Shown here piece by piece: positions 1 to 13,425 of a stretch of 64,000 nt of DNA. How positions within the stretch are numbered: position 1 is the stretch's first letter; the number at the start of each line of letters is the position of its first letter. Under the pieces are notes generated by a model. That model saw nothing but the letters and a program-made list of their open reading frames with translations, had not been told where the DNA came from and made no database searches. The position numbers and the translations under genes were made by a program. This stretch comes from Octopus bimaculoides (lineage: Eukaryota), in assembly GCF_001194135.2 (NCBI RefSeq), contig NC_068981.1, positions 28,567,896-28,631,895 on the forward strand. Direction: 5' to 3'.

Positions 1-70
1 TTACAAAGAATAAGTCGTGGGGTCGATTTGTTTCACTAAAGGCGGTGCTCCAGCATGACCGCAGTCAGCA
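1..70 (+). mobile_element. 3' tail of SINE family C
   Basis: ggggtcgatttgtttcactaaaggcggtgctccagcatgaccgcagtca matches the tail of the copy at 2800-2860. Confidence 0.8.
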
Positions 71-713
71 TATNNNNNNNNNNNNNNNNNNNNNNNNNNN
101 NNNNNNNNNNNNNNNNNNNNNNNNNNNNNNNNNNNNNNNNNNNNNNNNNNNNNNNNNNNNNNNNNNNNNNNNNNNNNNNNNNNNNNNNNNNNNNNNNNNN
201 NNNNNNNNNNNNNNNNNNNNNNNNNNNNNNNNNNNNNNNNNNNNNNNNNNNNNNNNNNNNNNNNNNNNNNNNNNNNNNNNNNNNNNNNNNNNNNNNNNNN
301 NNNNNNNNNNNNNNNNNNNNNNNNNNNNNNNNNNNNNNNNNNNNNNNNNNNNNNNNNNNNNNNNNNNNNNNNNNNNNNNNNNNNNNNNNNNNNNNNNNNN
401 NNNNNNNNNNNNNNNNNNNNNNNNNNNNNNNNNNNNNNNNNNNNNNNNNNNNNNNNNNNNNNNNNNNNNNNNNNNNNNNNNNNNNNNNNNNNNNNNNNNN
501 NNNNNNNNNNNNNNNNNNNNNNNNNNNNNNNNNNNNNNNNNNNNNNNNNNNNNNNNNNNNNNNNNNNNNNNNNNNNNNNNNNNNNNNNNNNNNNNNNNNN
601 NNNNNNNNNNNNNNNNNNNNNNNNNNNNNNNNNNNNNNNNNNNNNNNNNNNNNNNNNNNNNNNNNNNNNNNNNNNNNNNNNNNNNNNNNNNNNNNNNNNN
701 NNNNNNNNNNNNN

Positions 714-754
<41 letters not shown>

Positions 755-1606
755 CTCTCTCTGTCTCTCTCTCTTTAACTATCTATCTATCATCTATCTA
801 TTTTTGTATCTCCCCCTCTCTTTCATCCTTTCTCTATATCTCTCTCTATATGTATGTGTGTGTGTATAGCTATGTCTGTGTTTCGCGTGTGTGTATGTGT
901 TTGTGTGTGTGCGGGTGTGTGTTTGTTTGTGTGTGTTAGTGTGTGTGTGTGTTTGTTTGTGTGTGTTAGTGTGTGTGTGTGTTTGTGTGTGTGCATGTGT
1001 GTGTTTGTTTGTGTTTGTGTGTGTGCGTGTGTGTGCGTATGTGTGTTTGTTTGTTTGTGTGTGTGTGTTTGTGCGTGTGTGCGCGCGCGTGCGTGTTTAA
1101 CGGAAATATATTTGTGCGAATTCTTTAATGGCAGATGAGTAGTTTGTAGTTTGCGAACAGTATTTCGACACAAGCACGACTAAATTTATTCGACAGTGTA
1201 TGATACACCAGGTAGATATGATTGATAATTCATGTCTGTATTGTTGATTGGGTGGTCGGTCAGTGTGTATATATTTTAGTTGCTTATGCGCGATTGCTTT
1301 TCAGAAAATGTTTTGTATCTGGTTTCATTTACAATTCTTGTATGTTTATTACAAACTGGTGTCTGCAATATGAAGCAAAATAGACGCAATTTATCAATAC
1401 CCTTTTAACGTTTTTTGATTTGGCGATTATGTCTGTTGCTTCACTGCAGGTTATTCATACTGGTGATTTCAATCCGTATGCAAGCATCCTAGGCGGTTTT
1501 TTGAAGGGTTGATCTGTACTTCTGAAACAGACCCTGTAATCAGATTTTCCTGTGGAAGTTGGTTTTAATGGATCTCTCTTCAGTGACTCTGAGACATTAA
1601 TCGAAC

Positions 1607-1649
<43 letters not shown>

Positions 1650-1687
1650 TGTTGTGAATTCAAAATATTCAATGTGAAGTATATAGC

Positions 1688-2072
1688 TCTTTGTTGGCAC
1701 TCCGTCGCTTACGTCGTCGAGGGTTCCAGTTGATCCGATCAACGGAACAGCCTGCTCGTGAAATTAACGTGCAAGTGGCTGAGTACTCCACAGACACGTG
1801 TACCCCTAACGTACTTCTCGGGGATATTCAGCGTGACACAGTGTGACAAGACTGACTCTTTGAATTACAGGCACAACAGAAACAGGAAGAAAGAGTGAGA
1901 CAAGGTTGTGGTGAAAGAGTACAGCAGGATTCGCCACCATCCCCTGCCAGAGCCTCGTGGAGCTTTAAGTGTTTTCGCTCAATAAACTCTCACAACGCCC
2001 GGTCTGGGAATCGAAACCGCGATCTTATGACCGCGAGTCTGCTGCCCTAACCACTGGGCCATTGCGCCTTCA
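1688..2072 (-). mobile_element. Full-length tRNA-derived SINE, family A, with 13-bp target-site duplication
   Basis: The reverse complement begins tgaaggcgcaatggcccagtggttagggcagcagactcgcggtcataagatcgcggtttcgattccc (A box TGGCCCAGTGG, B box GGTTTCGATTCCC). Collinear with the copies at 39455 and 54632. TGAAGTATATAGC flanks both sides (1675-1687, 2073-2085). Confidence 0.92.
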
Positions 2073-2200
2073 TGAAGTATATAGCAGATCGGTTATATAA
2101 AGATTTCTTTGCTTGTTTTTTTTTTGTTTTGTTTTTGTCTCTGACACAGTAACAATTTCTATGTAGTTCTTTGCAAGCACAAGAAAAGATTTAAATATAC

Positions 2201-2233
<33 letters not shown>

Positions 2234-2248
2234 TGTACCAAAATAGTC

Positions 2249-2870
2249 GCAGGAGTGGCTGTGTGGTAGCCGTTATGTTCTGAGTTCAAATTCCACCGGT
2301 GGTCGACTTTGCCTTTCATCCTTTCGGGGTCTATAATTTAAGTACCAGTTATGCATTGGGGTCGATGTAATCGACTTAATCCCTTTGTCTGTCTTTGTTT
2401 GTCCCCTCTATGCTTAGCCCCTTGTGGGCAATAAAGAAATAAGAAGCTTGCTTTCCAACCACGTGGTTCCATGTTCAGTCCCACCGCGTGCAAACCTGGG
2501 CAAGTGTCTTCTACTGTAGCCTCGTGCTTACCTAAGCCTTGCGAGACGGAAACTGAAAGAAGCCCGTCGTATATGTATATGTGTGTATGGTGTATGTGTG
2601 TGTATGGTGTATGTGTGTGTATGGTGTATGTGTGTGTATGGTGTATGTGTGTGTATGGTGTATGTGTGTGTATGTTTGCGTTTCTGTGTTTGTCCAGCCC
2701 CCATCTCTTGACAGTCGATGCTGCTGTGTTTACGTACCCGTAACTTAGCAGTTCGGCAGAAGACCGATGGAATAACTACTAGGCTTACAGAGAATAAGTT
2801 CTAGGGTCGATGTGACTAAAGGCGGTGCTCCAGCATGGCCGCAGTCAAATGACTGAAACATATAAAAGAG
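2249..2870 (+). mobile_element. SINE family C (CORE-like segment, internal microsatellite) with a nested 5'-truncated family B SINE at about 2270-2443
   Basis: The head gcaggagtggctgtgtggtag is interrupted by a B body (gttctgagttcaaattcc...gtcgactttgcctttcatcctttcgggg...gtaccag) and resumes aagcttgctttccaaccacgtggttcc...ctgggcaagtgtcttctactgtagcctcg. Tail taaaggcggtgctccagcatggccgcagtcaaatgactgaaaca. Confidence 0.85.
2578..2673. repeat. 17-bp tandem repeat (tgtgtgtgtatggtgta), about 5 copies, in the variable middle of SINE C
   Basis: Unit read directly from the sequence. Confidence 0.85.
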
Positions 2871-5769
2871 TAAAATAATTTAAATTTTCAAAACTAACTC
2901 TTGTTGGTTTAAATTTCCCATCGGTACACAAGTTTAAATTTAGCGTGGTGGATTTTTGGGATCGATTACTTTACAAGAGAAACATAAGTTAACTTCAGTA
3001 ATGCAAAGTTTACATTTTCTAGTTAAAAAATAATCGTAACATCGTCATTGGACTCATTTTCTCTCGCTTTTGCTGTTGTGATATAATGTACAATAGTTAT
3101 CGATGCCTATCAGAGATTTGTATTTAATTCGACATATTGGAGTCATAGTATTATAGAACGTAGTCATGTAAGCTAGCTTTCGCAGCTCACAACTCAGCTG
3201 GGTTGACTTCATTTCCCAACTCGAATTTCAGAAAGATACGGGGTTACTGTTCCCGTATATACATTTCGGCACCAAAATTTAACTTTGTGCGTTATTACAC
3301 AAGAAAATAATCAGTTATTTATTACATAGCAAAGTGTGATGTGTTAACTGAAAAAATACTGGAACAGATTCAACTCATCACAACATTTATTCGCATCTCT
3401 CAACATTCTTCGACGAAAAGGTGAAAGAATCGTCACAACTTATATATTTTCCAAATTTCCATAAAATCACACCAATAACATCGTGACTTTATTAGATCCA
3501 TCGCGTCCCTTTTCAAGAAATATTGATCTTGCAAGCTATGAGGTAGCCCCTCGTAGGAAATCTCTCTCAAATCGTGCCCTACTATTTTACAAACGTAGCA
3601 ACATACGAAATATGAATGCCGGAAAAAAATATTAAAAGATGAGTCCCTCGTTGTAAGGACGTCTTAGATCATTAACCTGCGTGTTCAAGGTTTACTATTC
3701 AACATCAGTAACTTACGTGCTTATGTAAGAACTCAATAATCATCTATATATAATTATTGTATATAAGGTGTGTATATAGTATTGTGATTCAGGATCTATG
3801 AGCTGCTTTCAAATCAATGGTAGAACATGATTCACTTTAATCATGCTTGTATTAACTTTTAGAAAGACATTAATGTTATACGCTCTCATTCACTTGTCCT
3901 ATAAAGGTGTAACCTTGTGTCTATGTAGGAAATCAATAACTCTCCAATGATCACCATTCTATAGAAGTAAGCTGAACATTTCAATTTTTTGTTTTATTTT
4001 AAAGTTGCCTTCATTCCACCTACACTCGTTATATGCCTTATGCTGGTGCTATTAATTAAGCTATGTTCTGTACCGCTGTCAGCTGAAATTTATCTGAAGC
4101 TATTTCAGGTTATATAAGAAATAAATACTTTCTCCATAATCCACTCCCATCCCCCTAGAGAACATTTATCTATTCTTTCGTGATGAAGGAAGATGTATTA
4201 ACCAAGAACAGCTTGACTTAGAGCAAATGAGTTCTCTCTTCTCGCTCCAGTAGAGATACCACATGCAGTGAGATTTTCAGCTTTCATCTTTAAACCATTT
4301 AAATTCATCTATACGATCCGAGATCATTTGGTGAATGTGGATTGGAAATAAGGTACTAGCAATTAGTTTAAGGGCTAATAGTTCTAAATTGAAATTCCTG
4401 CTAGCCGTAAGCAGTCGATTCACACATCCTTTCTATGTTCGATGAAGTATGAAGCAGTAACTTTCAAATCAAGAAAATACTAAAAAAAAGAGAAAGTGAA
4501 TTATTATTGAGGGTTCAAAATATTTAGTTCAGTCATACATAGCTTTATTTAAGAGAGATTAAGGAACATGTTTAAAAATCAAGAAAAGTAGACAACCTAC
4601 GAGGCACCCATTATACAATCGCTTAACTGCCTAAAAGTACAAGTCAAATTTTTCTTCTCGAATCACTTTAAAGCCTTAAAGAAAGAATAAAGTGAATGAA
4701 GAATAGGATGAGAAAGATTGGAGCGTCCTTCATTATAGCTTTGCTAAATCATTGCTGCCTTGTACAAACAATAGTAATACTATAGAACTACTAATGTTAA
4801 ATTGTTGCCGTTTAATGTCATATTAGCCTTCATAGAACAAAGCTACGATTAAAAGCATAGCTTTCCGTGTAGCTAGAAATATCTTTACCTGTGCTATTGA
4901 AGGTGTTCTTCCCTATTATAAAGTTGTAAATGATGAATTGAGAGAGACTTGTTACTCTTTCTAGAAGGTTGAATGACATCCGAAGAAGTTGTCTCCTTGG
5001 TCAGTGTATCGGTATTAGACGTCTATTGTTTCTAGTAGTAATGTAAGTTTACTTTCCACTTGTGTGAAGGTATAAGAAGTAGAAGTTAGAGATGGAACGT
5101 ATATACTTTTAGATTTAATGAATCAGTAATGAAAGAGCATTCACAATTTTTTATGAAAGAAATTTATAGACTAATGTAACAATAACCACTAACGTCCACA
5201 ACAATATATTTCCAATTGCTTCGTATATGTACCTCTTGTCTTACATCTAAACCCAAATAAATCATCCTCAAAACGCCTCAGTAATAATTATTGCATTTTT
5301 CCTTGTTATTGTTTACGTTCTGCGTCAGACGTGTGGTGAGCTGATTTTACGAACAATGACGTTCCAGCCGTGATTACCCACCTTTGGTCTTTTATTCATA
5401 ATTCAGATATAATGACTCTAGAACAATCTGGAACTCTATTATTCACGAAACATTTTCCGAATGATAGCGATGTTTGATTTTTGGGAGTATTGGCTGGTGA
5501 TTCTAGCAGGTTGCTTTTGAGTGGAATTAAAAACAGAATAATTGCTAATGTTAATTCTTTTAACTAAAAATCCAATATCAGTTGCGTTACCTTAATCATA
5601 TAGAAATATATATGAAATATTTTTTTTTTTTGTGTGTGTGTGTACCTTTTGATTAAGGAAACAAGTATCAATTTGCTTATAAATTAGGTTTTCAAATTCT
5701 TTCTTCTTTGTTTTGTATTCATTTGTTTATTAGCTGATAGTTTGAATTTTTATTGTTATTTGTTTTGTA

Positions 5770-6452
5770 AGGCGGTGAGCTGGCAGAAACGTTAGCACGC
5801 TGGGCGAAATGCTTGGGGGTATTTCGTCTGCCGTTACGTTCTCACTTCAAATTTATCGACCCCTTTCGGGTCGATAAATTAAGTACCAGCTGCGTACTGG
5901 GGCTGATCTAATTGACTGCTCCCACCACAAAAATTTCGGGCCTTGTGACTAGAGTAGAAAAAATTATTATTTGTTTTTGTTGTTGTTATGGCGGTGAGCT
6001 AGCAGAATCGTTAACACTCTGGAAAAAAGCTTAGCGGCACTTCGTCCGTCTTTACGTTCTGAGTTCAGCTTTCACCGAGGTCGACTTTACCCTTCATTCT
6101 TACGGGGTCAATACAATAAGTATCAGTTGATCACTGAAGGTCGATGTTATCCACTATCCTACCCATTAAAATTTCAGGCCTTGTAACTATAAAATAAAGG
6201 ATAATTATTTGGCGCTTTTGTTAGGCAATGAGCTGGCAGAATTGTTATCACACTCGACAAAAGGTTTGACAGCATTTCGTTCACCCTTTTTTCCTTTTTA
6301 ATTTCTGAGTTCAAATTCTACTGAGTTAGACGTTGTCTTTCGTCCTTTTGAGTTCGATAAAATAAATACCATTTGAACACTGAATGTTGATGTAATAGAT
6401 CAACACTGTTCCTCAAAATTTCAGGCTTTGTGTTTATAATAAAAAAGATCAT
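5770..6452 (+). mobile_element. Three head-to-tail SINE family B copies (about 5770-5965, 5990-6206, 6223-6452)
   Basis: Each begins ggcggtgagctggcagaa(t/a)cgttagcac or a close variant, and contains gttctgagttcaaatt, gtcgataaattaagtaccag and aaatttcaggccttgtg-like tail motifs. Confidence 0.88.
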
Positions 6453-7237
6453 TTTGTTGTTGTTGTTAATGCTGCTGTTACTGTTGTTGTTGTTATTGTT
6501 GTTTGTGCACAGGTAATCTCTGGAAAGGAAAACGATAACTCCAAACCTGTTTCCGTGACTATCTAATTTTTTACCACAAGCATTCCATTTAGGTCTACAT
6601 TATCAAATGTGTATCTTTTTGGTTTTTGTTTTGTAATCTGTAAAGACTACGTAGTGTATATTTGAGGATATTTGGCTGCTATCTTCAGCTTGCCGAGAGA
6701 TTATAGTGAGTTACGCAGATTCGTTTAATTTCTGGTTGTTATTGTCTTTGTTATTTTTGTTGTTTTAGAATATCATTGATCGAACTGACAAATATCTACA
6801 GGCGTTCTAACTACATCCCTCTGATTATATTTGTAGACTTAATATATCTCTTTCGACATGTGACTGGGTACTTTCCGCTCTGAGTTCGGATCATGTAGAG
6901 GTCAAAATTACCTTTCATCTCTTTCGGGGGTCGATATAAAAGTAACATCCCGGGGGGCCAGTCATTATCGGAATTGTAAAAACGCCGAATCGGACGTCCT
7001 GCAGTCTTTGTTTCGGCTCTAAACACTTTGAATTTAAATCCCGCCATGGCTAACATACGTGGTAGACATAGCCCGTCGCCTGGTTTAGCACCACCTCTCT
7101 TTCTTGCAAGCATTCGACCTGGGTTTCAGGTCCGAGGATATCTTCTTTCATTCTCACCAGTTTCGGCACAGAACGAATTATGGACACTGCCTTCTTCTTG
7201 GGTGAAAAATACAAAATAAATGAATAAAAAAATATCC

Positions 7238-7738
<501 letters not shown>

Positions 7739-8159
7739 TGTTTTTCTTAAATGATGAAATGATATGACTCGAAGGACCGAGATTTCTTTGCTCTTTCTAG
7801 AAGGTCGCTTCACTTACATACAAGCGCTTACAGGATTCTTCATAAGGTATGAAGTATAACGTATAATTCTCGTTTGCAAAGGATAAATTCAAATATTTAA
7901 GCTTTCTAAACGTGATGTAGTTCCTCTCCTAATATATAGTTGCTTTCTTACTAACTCTTGTTATAGCAAATCAGTGAACTGGTAAGGAATGATTAGAAGA
8001 ATGTCACAGGGAAATTTTTCAGGATTGACGTGAAGACATGTAAGACGAAATGTTGAGAGCCAAATTGCACCTGTTGGCTGATGGGAGTTGAAGAGTGAGT
8101 AGGATATGTATAGAAAAGGGAAGGGAGAGAAGAGGACGGAGACTAAAAGAGAGAGAGTG

Positions 8160-8300
8160 TGTGTGTCTAAGGAGAAGAGAGAGCGTAAGGAGGAGAGAGA
8201 GCATAAGTAGGAGAGAGAGAGAGCACAAACAGGAGAGAGAATATAGAACGTAAGGAGGAGGAAGAGAGAGAAAGAGCGTAAGGGTGGGAGAGAGATGGTA
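8160..8300 (+). repeat. Degenerate purine-rich minisatellite (about 20-bp unit gcgtaaggaggagagagaga)
   Basis: Recurring gcgtaagga, gcataagtagg, acgtaagga and gcgtaaggg separated by GA runs. Confidence 0.6.
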
Positions 8301-8524
8301 GAAGTGAATGAGGTAGCGATAGGGGAAATAAAGGCTAAATAGTCGAAAGCATAGTTTTCGGCATCGAGCTATAATGGAAGAAATAAAGGATACAACACTA
8401 ATAGAACGAGATGCTCACACGTACACACACACACACACACACATATGCATAGAGGCACACATAGGTATAGCTTTAGAAATTGCTATGTGTGTGTATACAC
8501 GAAAATTCACACTCGCACACACAT

Positions 8525-8572
<48 letters not shown>

Positions 8573-9923
8573 TGCTGAGTCTGGTGGAAGGTGCAGTACA
8601 CATGGCCCTTGCAGTCCGTCTGAAAACGGCGCGTTTGATGATACGGTTAACGTTCTGTCTAAATTGTTGCAGTTCAACGCATCCGAGAAATACACGAAAG
8701 GGGAAGATGATTTCAAAGGCCTGGTATTCTGGAGCGAAAGTTGCCGCCACATCCAACAACGTCCACTCTTATCTAAATGGCATCTATCTTCTCTTCTATC
8801 CTCTCTCAGTTTCTCAGACCATGAATTATCCACAAGCCTAACTTGTATTTATTCCATTAACAATGATCTTAAGAGCATACTTTAGTAGAACTCAACCAGT
8901 ACTTTTTTCTTTTCTTTCCTTTTTTTGTAATTTCGTAAAAACTCAAGCCATGCACTGATCTGAAAAACACCACTGCACAGAGTAGTTAGGGTACAGGAGT
9001 TACTTGTGGGTTGACGGTGCCATATTGGTGAAGGTATGGGATGAGCTCCGAGGTGCAAAAGCAATTATAGTGGCGATAGAAACGACAGATAGAGGGAATA
9101 GCATCCTTGTGGATCAAAGGTAAATTATGACCAATAATAGGTAACGCTCTTAGGCTTGGGCCGCTGTGCCTAACTTGACTCTTTAACCAGGCTGCTGAGT
9201 AAAAAAAAATAAATAATTGCATATACAGCTGAAGAAAGACGATAGGATGCAACCCAATGGACAGAATAACGAAAACAAAATAAATAGAGAACCACAATAA
9301 TAGGCCTATCTCTCAACTACCGTAGGCTGGTGTTTTCGTATGATGGAATCAAGTTACAATCATCATTATTTTGGACCACCAAGCCACTAGAAACAGCTGT
9401 TGGACTCGTAAAACTCTTACTCAACCCCTTTCATCCTTGATGTCATTTCTATTTTGTGTAAGTCGAACATTTTTATATGTATACATATGTACATTTTCTG
9501 TATTTAACATAATTTTTATATCGACTTGCCTAACTTGCTTGTCCATACTAGGCAAAAATAAGAAAACAAATCGATCCCCAGTACGTATATATTTAAAGTT
9601 ATGATTTATTCTATCAGTTTCTTTTGTCGAGCTGCTCAGTTGCTGAAGCGTAAATGGGACACTTCTCCTAGGTGTGATGCACTAGGTCTGGACCCGAATA
9701 ACCTGGTTTCGAAGCTCAGAGTAAGTGCAACAAAAAGTTAAAATTAAACCTACAATAAAGGAGGCAATTCCACAAATATTCCACATGTATTTAAAGACAT
9801 CACACACAAGGAAACACACACATAGACATATTCATACACATACATAGATACATACATAAATACATATACGTATATTCATACGTATATATATANNNNNNNN
9901 NNNNNNNNNNNNNNNNNNNNNNN

Positions 9924-9963
<40 letters not shown>

Positions 9964-10498
9964 GGATAAAGCTTTGAGAAAGAGAGAAAAGTGACAGAGG
10001 TTCAGTGAACGTAAGAGACTGTCAGAAATTCCAAAGAATCAAAGACCAAGAGATACTTTACCATTTATATGTTACTTATAAGGAAGACGTAATTAGACAC
10101 GTCTCGCAAATTTCATTCCAGAAGGAATGCTTCGAAACCTTACCGGATTAGCAGACGAAAATCAGGTGGGTCTTGAATTACATGCGGTAATCTTCCTGTA
10201 AGTACTTTGATGCTCTCAGAGAATGTAAAACAACTGTAATATTTATTGTGCCAAACAAAAAATTGCAAAAGTGAAAAAGAAAGAATAATTCTGCGGTATT
10301 TCCAATAATCTATAATGACCAATTAGTATCTTATCGCATAATCTGTTTGCTAATCCAGTATTAACTTATAATGATTCAAACTCATATTTCTGTTTGTTTT
10401 CGTTTCTTTTCTTTTCTTTCTTTTCTTCTCTATTTCTTTGCTTTTCACTTTCTCGTTTATAGTATTTCTTATGCTTCGGAATACATGCATATGGTAAG

Positions 10499-10664
10499 AA
10501 TCTTTTCTACTCTAGGCACAAGGCCTGAAATTGGGGGGGGGGGTAGAGGCCAGTTGATTAGATCGATTCCAGTACGCAACTGGTACTTAATTTATCGACC
10601 CCGAAAGGACGAAAGGTAAAGTCGACCTCGGTGGAATTTGAACGTTTCTGCCAGCTCGCCGCCT
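10499..10664 (-). mobile_element. SINE family B with internal deletion
   Basis: cttttctactctaggcacaaggcctgaaattg...gtacttaatttatcgaccccgaaagg...gtttctgccagctcgccgcc is the reverse complement of the B motifs. Confidence 0.88.
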
Positions 10665-10792
10665 TATGTTACTTGTCTTGTTTTCCATTTGTTTCTTTCG
10701 TTTTTCGCATACACGAGTTTGTCTTCGTACTCCTCGTTGCTTTCGTATTTCGTATTTCATGTTGTTTGCGTCTTGTGACGTCCTGTACCCAT
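10665..10792 (+). repeat. Dispersed repeat (putative Penelope-like terminal-repeat 3' fragment); related copies at about 18560-18715 (-), 19590-19800 (-) and 48440-48620 (+)
   Basis: Shared ttatgttacttg(t/c)(c/t)ttgttttccat and the ending gacgtcctgtaccc. The longer copies share gagtag...cagccgacaactgatgaa. The family assignment is inferred from hammerhead-like remnants in the 19.7 kb copy. Confidence 0.6.
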
Positions 10793-10805
10793 ATATGCAT
10801 ATACA

Positions 10806-10865
<60 letters not shown>

Positions 10866-12522
10866 CTGTATTTAAAAGCAGCAGAAATTCCTGCTGCTTT
10901 TAATAAACCATATTACTCTACCTCTGGTATTTGAGTACTCTTTTTTTCCACCTTGTTGCACATTTTATGTGCTTACTCCGGTAAATATATATATATTATT
11001 TATATCATTTTATGACTGAACGCCACGCATCCATTTCCAAGTAAGTTCATCTACATATACTACATATGTGTTTGTGCACGAGTGCGTGTGTATAGTCCAA
11101 TGATGGCTAGAAATGGTAAACTCGAATTCACCCTCACTCCCCTTCTTGAAATTGATTAATAAAACACGTACTCCATAAAAATGTATTGAGTTATATTTCA
11201 GTCTATATAATCGATCTCAAATTGATGAAAGTCAAATTTCACATCAGATGAATTCGAAATAAGGACGTAAACGGAACAGCGAAATGAAATTGAACTAATT
11301 ATATTTTCAAAAAATGACATGACACTTATTGTATCAACAGAAAGAAAATGAAGGTCAAAATTCATCCTGGCAAGATATGAAATCGGAATATAACGAACAG
11401 ATCGTAACGAAAAACTACAACGTATTTTTGTCGATTCTAGACACTAACCGTCATGCTTTGTTGAAATGTTAATAAAAATAACAGACTGAAAAATCATAAA
11501 TAGATAAAACTACAACAAAAGTCTTTTTTAAAAATCACCTTTAATCGCTCTCCCTCGTCTATCCGTATAAATAACGATTTCATTTAAAAAGGAAATGCTC
11601 GAAGGCAAGTCAGCAAATTGTATTACCGATCATTTGAAAGAGAGTCTTAAGAGCCACTCCTGTATATATTTGATGAAGGATTCTTCTTATTTTACAACAC
11701 GTCGTCTATATTCATTTTGGTAAACTCCTTGCGTATAAAGTAAGGTTCATCAAGTACATAACATTCGTCCTCTATTTATATTACAAACCAACAACATCAA
11801 AAAAAGTAATATCTTCAAAAAGTTTATAAGCAGTCACACGCTTATATGTGTATGTATCGATATACGTACGTGTGTGAGTTTGCACGTGTGTGAGGCCTTT
11901 GTGAGAGAGAGAGAGAGAGATATAGAGAGAGAGATAGAGAGAGAGAGAATGTGTGTGTGTGTGTGTGTGTGTGTACCTAAGCACACGCACGTACATACTG
12001 ATCATATCGTGTGGGGCGTCCTGTGAGAGGCAAGAAACTGGTTTTGACATTTAGTGAAGATTTAATCGGAGTGATAGTAAGAGGTAAACAGAGTGAAAGC
12101 AGGGGAGTAATGTGTGTGGGCGTACTTATGCGTGTTGGGGAGAGGAAAACAAACAGTTACAATTTGTTTAAATATATAGTTAGGACAAGATACTTGAAGA
12201 GAACATATATATATGTATATATAATAAATAATCGGTCAGATCCAGAGAAAGACATAAGCTAACAAATAGAAGAAACGGAAGCACAAGGTATACATACATA
12301 CATACATACATACATGCATACATACATACATATATACATACATACATACATACATACATACATACATACAAGCATGCATCAATACTTACATACATAGGTA
12401 TACAGAGGTAATGATCCTATGAGTCGGTTATGATCACCAGTAAGGTGATGATTAAGTTTCTCTGGATATAATATAGGGGTCCTATACATCTCTGTCTCTC
12501 TGTCTGTCTGTCTCTCTCTCTT

Positions 12523-12575
<53 letters not shown>

Positions 12576-12702
12576 TTTTCTATCTATCGATCTATCTATC
12601 TATCTACACAAACACACACACACACACATATATATAAGTAAAAAATTAATGAGTGCGTGCCTTACATAAATAATATTTTCAGGATTAAATAAATAGACAA
12701 CA

Positions 12703-12743
<41 letters not shown>

Positions 12744-12849
12744 TATTATACTATATTATATTATATTTATTATATTATATCATATTAGAGGAAAAAGGAT
12801 AACAAAAACCAAGGCAGGACAGGTACCTCAAGTCATTTAGAATATTCAA

Positions 12850-12983
12850 TTAGGTCGACTTTGCCTTTCATCCTTTCGTGGTCGATAAATTAAGTACCTG
12901 TTGTGTACTGGAGTTGATCTAATCGACTGGCCCCACCTCCCCACAAATTTCGAGCCTTGTGCTTAGAGTAGAAAAGAATATTT
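12850..12983 (+). mobile_element. 5'-truncated SINE family B
   Basis: aggtcgactttgcctttcatcctttcgtggtcgataaattaagtacc...gccttgtgcttagagtagaaaagaatatt. Confidence 0.88.
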
Positions 12984-13006
12984 AATAAGGGTAAGGTGAA
13001 TTTGAA

Positions 13007-13082
13007 GTCTTACAGCTGTTTCTAGGATATACCATGTGATAGGCCAGCATGTCTGTACACTGGATATACCGTCATCAGAGAC
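13007..13082 (-). ncRNA. Variant type I hammerhead ribozyme motif (left arm of foldback)
   Basis: Minus strand: GTCT-CTGATGA-c-[long imperfect stem II]-ta-GAAAC-AGCT-GT-A-AGAC. Stem I GTCT/AGAC; palindromic helix III ACAGCTGT; non-canonical stem II junction. Confidence 0.55.
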
Positions 13083-13425
13083 ATGGTGGGTATGTATGGA
13101 AGATCCAGACAGGGAAAATACACAGTTTTTAAGGAATAATGTAATGAATAAAATAATAGATAGAAGAATACAGACAGGAGAATAAAGATCACAGCTCATC
13201 TTCTTCCACAGGGAGGGTTTGGATACATCAATGATAGACATATATGGGCTGTGCGGGAGTGAAGCATTTCACATACCCTGTGGAAGAAAGTGAGCTGTGA
13301 ATTTTATTTTCCTGTCTATATTCTATTATTTACTGCTTCCATCTCCTATCTATTATTTTATTCATTATTTTCTTCCTTATAGATTGTGAATTTCCCTGTC
13401 TAGATCTTTCATACATACTCACCTT

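Noticed and set aside
1451-1513. VIHTGDFNPYASILGG after an acceptor-like site, resembling an APE endonuclease GDFN motif
   Set aside because: A four-residue match followed by a stop within 21 codons, with no other APE motifs nearby.
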